Assembly (NCBI RefSeq): GCF_001194135.2
Contig: NC_068989.1
Location: 16,258,504-16,291,571, forward strand
Reading direction: 5' to 3'
DNA from: Octopus bimaculoides
Lineage: Eukaryota
DNA: 33,068 nucleotides
The translations under genes were made by a program, and so were the position numbers. Each line of letters starts with the position of its first letter. The first letter of the stretch is position 1. This document shows positions 24,113-33,068 of this stretch, piece by piece. The notes below the pieces were generated by a model that did not search any database, was not told the origin of the DNA, and worked only from the letters and a program-made list of their open reading frames with translations.

Positions 24113-24899
24113 CTATGTAGAAGTATATAGAAGTATATGTGGGACTATATGTATGTAGAAGTATATAGAAGTATATGTGGGACTATATGTATGTAGAAGA
24201 ATATAGAAGTATATGTGGGACTATATGTATGTAGAAGTATATAGAAGTATATGTGGGACTATATGTATGTAGAAGTATATAGAAGTATATGTGGGACTAT
24301 ATGTATGTAGAAGTATATAGAAGTATATGTGGGACTATATGTATGTAGAAGTATATAGANNNNNNNNNNNNNNNNNNNNNNNNNNNNNNNNNNNNNNNNN
24401 NNNNNNNNNNNNNNNNNNNNNNNNNNNNNNNNNNNNNNNNNNNNNNNNNNNNNNNNNNNNNNNNNNNNNNNNNNNNNNNNNNNNNNNNNNNNNNNNNNNN
24501 NNNNNNNNNNNNNNNNNNNNNNNNNNNNNNNNNNNNNNNNNNNNNNNNNNNNNNNNNNNNNNNNNNNNNNNNNNNNNNNNNNNNNNNNNNNNNNNNNNNN
24601 NNNNNNNNNNNNNNNNNNNAGTATATGTGGGACTATATGTATGTAGAAGAATATAGAAGTATATGTGGGACTATATGTATGTAGAAGTATATAGAAGTAT
24701 ATGTGGGACTATATGTATGTAGAAGTATATAGAAGTATATGTGGGACTATATGTATGTAGAAGTATATAGAAGTATATGTGGGACTATATGTATGTAGAA
24801 GTACATAGAAGTACATGTGGGACTATATGTATGTAGAAGTACATAGAAGTATATGTGGGACTATATGTAGAAGTATGTAGATGTATATGCGGGACTATA
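24113..24899. repeat. 38-bp minisatellite (atgtagaagtatatagaagtatatgtgggactatatgt)n, interrupted by an N gap at 24360-24619
   Basis: gggact anchors at 24141, 24179 and 24217 give a period of 38. About 14 units are visible, nearly identical, decaying at the right end. Confidence 0.95.
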
Positions 24900-25489
24900 G
24901 TGGCGAAAGTCAGTTGGAATATGAGGTGTTGGCGGTGTGTGTAATCCTGAAGCATTTGTGAAGGATGTATAAACGTGAGAAGGTGGGAGTGGACACGAGC
25001 GTGAGGCAGAAGGAAGTCAAGAGGATTGTGGGAAGTGTGATAGATGTGTGTGCAGGGGTATGGGTGTGGGATGCTTTTACGCGGAAGGAAGATTTGAACT
25101 TAAATAAACAAAAGAGGGAGAAAGGTGCGAAGTGAATAAGAGGAAAAGTCAAAGATGAAATATTCTAAAAACTGGAAACAATGGTAAAATCTAAAAAGAA
25201 AAGAGCGAAAGAGGGGAAATATGATATCTGTGTGTGAGGAAAAGTCATTTAAAAGTTACACTACATTGGTAAAAAGTCCGGAGAGGCTGGCTGGAGTGTC
25301 CAAAGGTAAGTGCAGAACAAGTGTAAGCATTTTTCTTTAGGTGAAGTATATGGAAATGTAGGAGGAACGTGGAGTGTGTCAGATGTGTGTGCGTGTGAGT
25401 GTGAAACGTTTTCACACGGGAGAATGGTTGAAACTAAAATATATAAAAGGGAGAAAAAGTATTGGTTCTGTGAAGAGGGGCATGCGTGT

Positions 25490-25537
<48 letters not shown>

Positions 25538-26416
25538 NNNNNNNNNNNNNNNNNNNNNNNNNNNNNNNNNNNNNNNNNNNNNNNNNNNNNNNNNNNNNNN
25601 NNNNNNNNNNNNNNNNNNNNNNNNNNNNNNNNNNNNNNNNNNNNNNNNNNNNNNNNNNNNNNNNNNNNNNNNNNNNNNNNNNNNNNNNNNNNNNNNNNNN
25701 NNNNNNNNNNNNNNNNNNNNNNNNNNNNNNNNNNNNNNNNNNNNNNNNNNNNNNNNNNNNNNNNNNNNNNNNNNNNNNNNNNNNNNNNNNNNNNNNNNNN
25801 NNNNNNNNNNNNNNNNNNNNNNNNNNNNNNNNNNNNNNNNNNNNNNNNNNNNNNNNNNNNNNNNNNNNNNNNNNNNNNNNNNNNNNNNNNNNNNNNNNNN
25901 NNNNNNNNNNNNNNNNNNNNNNNNNNNNNNNNNNNNNNNNNNNNNNNNNNNNNNNNNNNNNNNNNNNNNNNNNNNNNNNNNNNNNNNNNNNNNNNNNNNN
26001 NNNNNNNNNNNNNNNNNNNNNNNNNNNNNNNNNNNNNNNNNNNNNNNNNNNNNNNNNNNNNNNNNNNNNNNNNNNNNNNNNNNNNNNNNNNNNNNNNNNN
26101 NNNNNNNNNNNNNNNNNNNNNNNNNNNNNNNNNNNNNNNNNNNNNNNNNNNNNNNNNNNNNNNNNNNNNNNNNNNNNNNNNNNNNNNNNNNNNNNNNNNN
26201 NNNNNNNNNNNNNNNNNNNNNNNNNNNNNNNNNNNNNNNNNNNNNNNNNNNNNNNNNNNNNNNNNNNNNNNNNNNNNNNNNNNNNNNNNNNNNNNNNNNN
26301 NNNNNNNNNNNNNNNNNNNNNNNNNNNNNNNNNNNNNNNNNNNNNNNNNNNNNNNNNNNNNNNNNNNNNNNNNNNNNNNNNNNNNNNNNNNNNNNNNNNN
26401 NNNNNNNNNNNNNNNN

Positions 26417-26656
26417 CTGTACGGAAGTGGTTCGCAAGGTTCCGAGCTGGAGATTGTAGCCTTATTGATAAAGAGCGATCAGGCAGACCATCCACTACAG
26501 ATGATGACCAAATCAAGTCATTAACTGAGAATAACCCACATTGCACAACCCGAGAAATCAGTCGTTCATGAGCACCTGGTAAAGCCTGGGTACACAAATC
26601 ACTACGATGTTTGGGTACCATATGAGTTGAGTGAGAAGAACCTTTTGGAAAATCGG
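26417..26656 (+). mobile_element. Mariner (Tc1/mariner) transposase fragment, decayed
   Basis: VRKWFARFRAGDCSLIDKERSGRPSTTDDDQIKSLTENNPHCTTREI, then after a deletion/frameshift VVHEHLVKPGYTNHYDVWVPYELSEKNLLENR. It contains the HTH-linker RSGRP and the WVP(H/Y)EL motif. The 5' part is lost in the gap. Confidence 0.9.
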
Positions 26657-26722
26657 CACGAACTTTCCGGACAACCCAATACAATTACTTCCAGGCGAAA
26701 TTTCTGCAAAATACAAAGATAT

Positions 26723-26767
<45 letters not shown>

Positions 26768-27281
26768 GTAGTCCGTTACGTTATGCGTTCAAATCCCATA
26801 CTCGAGAAAGGAATTTATATAATCGACTAAACCCATCCTTTAATGAATTGAGTGCATTTTCTAATATAGGCACAAGGCATCACATTTTTGGAGGGAATAT
26901 ATTCAGTTATATATTATATGGCCCGTGGAAAGATGAAAACAGGGTTGGCCCAGGTATCATTTGAAATCAGAATGAATGATGACATAGCAAAATACCATAT
27001 CTTTACTTCTAACTCGTTTCACTCTTTGGACTACGACCAAACTGGAACACCATCAAAACGGATTTGGTAGAAGATAACAACGCAGTAGTAATTTTGGCGT
27101 CTGGTAGTTACACTGTCAGTCTCTTTCGCGGAACCGTTATATTAATAGGACCTAAACAAATCAGCACTGGTTACCAGACGATGGTGGAATGCAAACACAA
27201 ACACACACACACACACACGCATATATATATGTATATGTATGTATATGTATGTGTATATATATATGTATATGTATGTATATG

Positions 27282-27337
<56 letters not shown>

Positions 27338-27402
27338 TATATTATATTATATTAGATTAGATTAGATTATATCTATAAATATAAAATGTGACAATTAGTT
27401 GG

Positions 27403-27477
27403 TTGTCATAATAAAACTCAGAGTTTCGGATGCCGGGGCTGAAGTCTGCTCCGGCATCTCATCAGTTATTAAGACAA
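27403..27477 (-). ncRNA. Type I hammerhead ribozyme fold with short near-palindromic stem III (Penelope-like-element/minimal type)
   Basis: The minus-strand RNA is UUGUCUUAAUAA-CUGAUGA-GAUGCCGG-AGCAGACUUCAGCC-CCGGCAUC-C-GAA-ACUC-U-GAGU-U-UUAUUAUGACAA. The core CUGAUGA/GAAA/UH is complete. Stem I has 11 of 12 bp (one U-U), stem II has 8 bp plus one extra C, and stem III is ACUC-U-GAGU. Predicted cleavage is after GUU, between 27415 and 27414. Confidence 0.85.
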
Positions 27478-28929
27478 AAATGCTATGAAAAAAAAACCTT
27501 TGAATAAAGGGAAATTATTCCAATAGGCCATGGGGAAAGTAAAACTTCGTTCATAGAATCTGCATATGCACACATATACACACACACACATACACGTACG
27601 CACACACACACATGTATGTATGTATATCTACATACATACTCACACACGCGTATACATATACATGCAAACACATATATATACATATATATGTTTATGCATA
27701 GACGCACATGCACACGCATATATACCCATGCAGGCATCACTACGCTCATATACACATCTCTACACGCACACACACATATACATACGAGTATATACAAAAC
27801 GTAGTTTATACACACATACACATATATACGCAGATAGATGTATATACAAATAAAAACACATACGCAAAAAACATAAACCGTAAAACATTCACATTCGCCG
27901 CAAAACGTGAATATACAAATGAGTTTTTACGTATATACGTATACAGAGAGTTCTGTAAAGTAAAAAGTACATGTTGTACACAATTTTGACTCTTGAATTT
28001 ACTAAAATACATTTAAATTGTAACTAATTCACCATTGAATGCAACAGCATTCAAACTTACTCCGTTCTCTATTATTTACGTCCACCTATTGTAACTACAT
28101 ACAATACCTGTACACTGAGTGGCAGAATGAATAACTGTCAATTAAGTGTTCTGACCCCACCTCCCGATTCAATACATCATTGGTGGAACGATAGAAATAA
28201 TCGAAACCTCTACAGCTTTATGTCACTCCACCGATTCGTTTAGCTACAGGTTTCCATTTTTGGGAGCAATTTTGTGGTAACACAGAATTTTCATAAGTAA
28301 TCGACGTAGTTATTTACAAGGGTACGAGGAGACATCTCAGCAGGCAGACCAATTCTATACAATGACGATGAAAATTGCTGAATATTGTCGCTCATTAAAT
28401 TAGTGTTTTCATCCAAAACTCATCTACAGCAAATAAAGAAAAAAAACTAGTTTTTGCATGCGAAATTCTGTATATGAAATTTGTCAAATACATATTTTCC
28501 AATAGCGTTAATGTATACACTCCGTTATCTATAATAAGTTCAATTTTGCTTGCTTGCTTGCTTGCTTGCAATGTTACACAGCCAAACTGGCGCATAATAG
28601 GAAAATATTTTGAAAGTAAAGCACCCCTGAAATGTGAATATGAACGGAATGAAACAAGTTTCGTGTAAATCGAACCAGTAGTTATTGAGATATTCGGGGT
28701 TTTGAGATATAACTACCTAAAACTGTGCATAATGGAAAAATACTCCAAAAATAACTTAACCCTGAAAGGAAGAAAGTCTAACCTCTCCATTAGGCACATT
28801 ATGATGGGCAACATAGTTTTAAGTGAAAAAGCCTTTAAAAATACGGTAAATATTTCGTAAAAGACCAGTTCGTAACCTCTGTGTGAAATAGCTTTTTCTC
28901 CATAGATTTCTTTCGAGTGCATTCAACGT

Positions 28930-29215
28930 ATCTCACCTCCAAAGATTTGGCTACTATGTCTAGCACGCCCTACCACGACGTAACTGCTATTTGTGATAAA
29001 GGACCCGAAATACCTGTTACGTAGTAGCAGAACGTGCAAGAAATCGCAGCAAAATCTTTCTTTTCTGGGGAAGGGAGACGTTTACGCGTGATTTCGATGT
29101 CGCATTCGTTGAAAGCATTCGAAATAACCGAGAAAAGAAAATAAACCCACGAAACAAAATTCCGTTGTGGGAAACTAGATTTCCTCGGTGACCCAGCGGG
29201 TCACGAGTACTCTAG
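28930..29215 (+). mobile_element. Probable Helitron 3' end (hairpin plus CTAG|T); 5' boundary uncertain
   Basis: Hairpin ctc-g-gtgaccc-agc-gggtcac-gag (29184-29207), then CTAG at 29212-29215 followed by T. Confidence 0.45.
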
Positions 29216-29536
29216 TATGTGTGTGTATGTGTGAGTATGTGTGTGTATGTGTGAGTATGGGTGTGTGTGCGTGTGATTGTCTTTATATAAGATAATTGTA
29301 TGTATATACGTTTATAATACATTGTGAAAGGGAGTAGATTTTCATATACAAATATATAAAATAAACTAGAGAGTCTGAGGATTCGTGGGAAATGGTTCTC
29401 TAAAAGCAACACATTGTTCCAAATTATTATTTAAATAACAGAAGATAAGTATACTTGTAAGACTTCTTAGACACATTTAATTTTAAAGTACTATTCTCAA
29501 GATGAATAAACAAACTTTAACTTATATGCATGCAAC

Positions 29537-29672
<136 letters not shown>

Positions 29673-29674
29673 TT

Positions 29675-30000
29675 AACTTGCACTCCGTTGGTAATGACGA
29701 CAGGGGGGTCCATTTGGTCCGTTCAATGGAACAGCCTGTTCGTGAAATCAGCATGCAAGTGGCTGAGCACTCCACAGACATGTTTACACTTAACGTAGTT
29801 CTCAGGGAGATTCAGCGTGACACAGAATGTGATATGGCTGGCCCTTTGAAGTACAGGTGCCATTCATGTTTGACAGCTGGGAGAACTGTAGTAACATGAA
29901 ATAAAGTGTCTTGCTCAAGAACACAACGCGCCGCTGCGAATGGAACTTGTTACCTTACGATCGTGAGCCGAATACCCTAACCACTAAGCCACACACCTTC
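29675..30000 (-). mobile_element. tRNA-derived CORE-like SINE with tail type 2
   Basis: Minus-strand head gaaggtgtgtggcttagtggttagggtattcggctcacgatcg, CORE-like gttgtgttcttgagcaagacacttta, and a 3' ~185 nt that aligns with 31170-31355. Confidence 0.8.
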
Positions 30001-30035
30001 AACGTATACATACATACATACATAGATGCACACAC

Positions 30036-30168
30036 AGCGGTTCGGCAAAAGAATCGATAGAATAAGTACTAGGCTTACAAAGAATAAGTCCTGGGGTCGA
30101 TTTGCTCGACTAAAGGCGGTGCTCCAGCATGGCCGCAGGCAAATGACTGAAACAATTAAAAGAATACA
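30036..30168 (+). mobile_element. SINE-like repeat family C (3' part, shorter)
   Basis: Near-identical to 14338-14470. Confidence 0.8.
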
Positions 30169-30186
30169 TATATATGCATATCTATC

Positions 30187-30229
<43 letters not shown>

Positions 30230-30240
30230 TACTATATTGC

Positions 30241-30640
30241 ATATTTTTTCTACACTAGGCACATGGCCCGAAAGTTTGGGGGAGGGATCCAGTCGATTCA
30301 ATCGACCCAAGTACGCAACTGGTACATAATTTATCGACCCCGGAAGGATGAAAGACAAAGTCGACATGGGCGGAATTTGAACTCAGGACATAAAGACAGA
30401 CGAAATACCGCTAAGCATTTCGCCCGGCGTGCTAACGTTTCTTATTTTTTTATTACCAACAAGGGGCTAAACATAGAGGGGACAAACGGATTAAGTCGAA
30501 TACATCGATCCCAGTGCGCAACTGGTACTTAATTTATCGACCCCGAAAGGATGAAAAGCAAAGTTGACCTCGACGGAATTTGAACTCAGAACGTAGCGGC
30601 AGACGAAATATCAATAAGCACTTCTGCCAGTTCGTCTCCT
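30241..30640 (-). mobile_element. SINE family A, dimeric form
   Basis: Two units; junction cgtgctaacgtttcttatttttttattaccaacaaggggc at about 30428. Confidence 0.85.
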
Positions 30641-30959
30641 TACTATATTGTATATTAAGAGGGTCGCTATGCCAAAATAGACTCATTGCCTATAGGTTAA
30701 TTTCTTTATTGCTAATTAATTATTGATTGATTGATTTGTCTGCGTCATCCTCTGCACGCCTCCATCTTTCTCAACGTTCTCAGTTTGCTGCTGCCATCAA
30801 TTTGTCTGTGTTGGGCCTATCATTTCTACGTATTTGAGAATGTGTGGATCTAATCGTAATTCAGATGATAGTGCCGTGTGTATTTATTGTAGAGGGCGTC
30901 TATGAACGCGTGCGCGTGCGAGTGTGCGAGTGTGTATCTATGTGTGTCTACTTTTGTTG

Positions 30960-31355
30960 GTGGAGGCGCAATGGCGCAATGGCCCAGTGGTTAGGGCAGC
31001 GGACTCGCGGTCATAGGATCGCGGTTTCGATTGCCAGACCGGGCGTTATGAGTGTTTATTGAGCGAAAACACCTAAAAGCTCCACGAGGCTACGGCAGGG
31101 GATGGTGGCGAACCCTGCTGTACTCTTCCACCACAACTTTCTCTCACTCTTACTTCCTGTTTCTGTTGTGCCTGTAATTCAAAGAGACCAGCCTTGTCAC
31201 ACTCTGTGTCACGCTGAATATCCCCGAGAACTACGTTAAGGGGACACGTGTCTGTGGAGTGCTCAGCCACTTGCACGTTAATTTCACGAGCAGGCTGTTC
31301 CAATGATCGGATCAACTGGAACCCTCGACGTCGTAAGCGACGGAGTGCCAACAAC
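30960..31355 (+). mobile_element. tRNA-derived SINE family B, full length, tail type 2
   Basis: Same head (with an 8-nt ggcgcaat duplication), central region, and a tail ending gacggagtgccaacaac. The tail is shared with the element at 29675-30000. Confidence 0.9.
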
Positions 31356-31380
31356 TACTTTTGTTGATTTTCTTTTTGGT

Positions 31381-31410
31381 TTAGGGTTAGGGTTAGGGTT
31401 AGGGTTAGGG
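31381..31410 (+). repeat. Interstitial telomeric-type repeat (TTAGGG)5
   Basis: Five perfect TTAGGG units about 25 nt downstream of a SINE tail. Confidence 0.95.
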
Positions 31411-33014
31411 ATGCACATGCACTCAACTGAATTGCATAATATAATTATATGTATATATGTGTGCGTATATGTAAGCACATATATCTTTGTTGCAGTTGTT
31501 ATTTATTAGGTGGTTAGCAGGTTGTTCTGTTGTTCCCATGATCTAGTATTCTATCTAAATAATCTCAAATTTCTATTATTATCATAAATAGTAATGGACA
31601 TAATTATTATTATCATAAATAGTTCTGGACATAAATAACCTCTACTATTTATATTATTTATGTCCAGAATGTTGTTGTGGAAGGTATTGTGAACGTTGTT
31701 ACGCCAATCAGTCTTCCAAATGATTGAGTTGTTTCGTCCGGAATCTTTTTCCGGAAATTTCCAGAACACTTTCCTCTGTGATTTGTTTAAGCACCGTGTT
31801 ATGTGAATGTGTGGATTAAAAAAAAAAAGACTTTACTTTGGCTATCTATCCATTGTTTCGCACATTGGTGTACTTTAGATAATAGTCCCTTTTCAATGTA
31901 CTCACTCTGGTGTGATCCGATCATTTCACATTAGCTACAGGCCATTTTCCCTAAACAAGTTGTGGTGATGCGCCTTTGTTTCTACACAGCTTTGCACCTC
32001 ATGCAGTACATTAAATCCCTAGTTTTGAAAGTTTACTGGGAAGTATATTGCGTATGATCTGCCGTTTCTGTTGATGTCTGTATGTCCAAATTAGTGATTT
32101 AATGAATCTGATTTTTTAAAACCGATTTGGTTTTCTAAATTTGTGATCTAGTTGTTTCATGGGCGTTAAATGTTAATCCTAGCATTCGTGGCTGCAATAC
32201 CATGAGCCTGTTTTATCCAGTTATTGTTATGCGGTTTTTTTTTTAATTTGCTCAAGAATTTGCTCCGGTATATGGAGCACAGTCTATTAATATCTTGGAT
32301 GTTGTTCGTTTCGAATCTTTCTTCGGTTCCTCTACACGCCATAATTGACTCAGTTGGCTATACCCGGAGAATTGTACGCGATGGATGAAATCCTATATGA
32401 GCTTTTGCAATACGTAGAGTTAACACATTCTGGATACGTTACTCATCCTCCTAAGCTGGAATTCTAGGACGTTGTTTATTTTCGGTACCTTTACGTAATA
32501 GAGCCCCTATGTAATGATGTAATGCATGCTTGGCAAGCAAAAGAAAGGGATTTGCTTTATGAGAGTGTACGAAGTTGTTTTTCACACTAGACATGGTTCA
32601 GTATTTAGAGCAGGAGATTTTTTTTAATTGTTCTTTAACAATGGAGATGTAAACTATTATCAGTGCAAGCGATATTTTAAATGGTAAAATGACTTCACCA
32701 AAGTACAATAATATCTGATTGATTACAACTTCACATCAACAACACAGCGAAATAAATGCAAAAGCTACCACACACAGACATTTATATATGTATATATAGT
32801 ATGTATGTGTGTATATATATATGTAGTAAATAGAACAAACACAAAAAACAATAACGCGAGGGCGTAGTACATGTAAAGCATTAGCAGACGCTTAGGGAAG
32901 GAAAGAAAGGTGGTTTTACGTTTCGAGCAAAGCCCTTCTTCAGGAACAGAGGAAAGTCCAATAGAAAAGGAAGACGGAAGGAAAAAATCGCCAACGACTC
33001 ACAAGTGGTTATAT

Positions 33015-33068
<54 letters not shown>

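Noticed and set aside
24113-24899. CRISPR-like regular repeats
   Set aside because: Contiguous tandem units with no unique spacers, in a eukaryotic context; it is a minisatellite.
25355-25400. GTW motif as a possible next GPCR exon
   Set aside because: No acceptor, no K-x-C before it and no W-x-NY-x2-C after it; purine-rich decayed repeat context.
29368-29402. CUGAGGA...GAAA on the plus strand
   Set aside because: Stems I, II and III do not pair; chance match.
32250-32290. RICSGIWSTVY as a possible next GPCR exon
   Set aside because: Wrong C-to-G spacing and an immediate stop codon.

Overview
AT-rich, microsatellite-dense animal genomic DNA with nine N-gaps (about 3.1 kb in total). The tRNA-derived SINE families look like those I recall from octopus, so a cephalopod origin is inferred, not proven. 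One host gene is supported: a + strand class B1 (secretin-family, calcitonin/DH31-receptor-like) GPCR. It has a clear 458-nt exon at 12114-12571 encoding a cysteine-rich N-terminal extension plus the start of the hormone-receptor domain (CPPTWDGYGCW...TPA...CPSY), and a phase-compatible candidate first coding exon at 4689-4774. No later exon was found in the remaining ~20 kb. The rest is intronic or intergenic and full of repeats: at least three tRNA-SINE families, a 5'-truncated R4/Dong-type retrotransposon in a TAA microsatellite, a 557-bp non-coding element also in a TAA run, a mariner fragment, a probable LINE ORF1 relic, Helitron-like ends and a 38-bp minisatellite. The best unexplained signal is a complete type I hammerhead ribozyme fold on the minus strand at 27403-27477, with a short near-palindromic stem III. 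There is also a degenerate hammerhead-like motif at 23268-23317 and a structured RTE-like 5' leader at 10716-10980. Almost all ORFs in the supplied track are microsatellite or N-gap artefacts.
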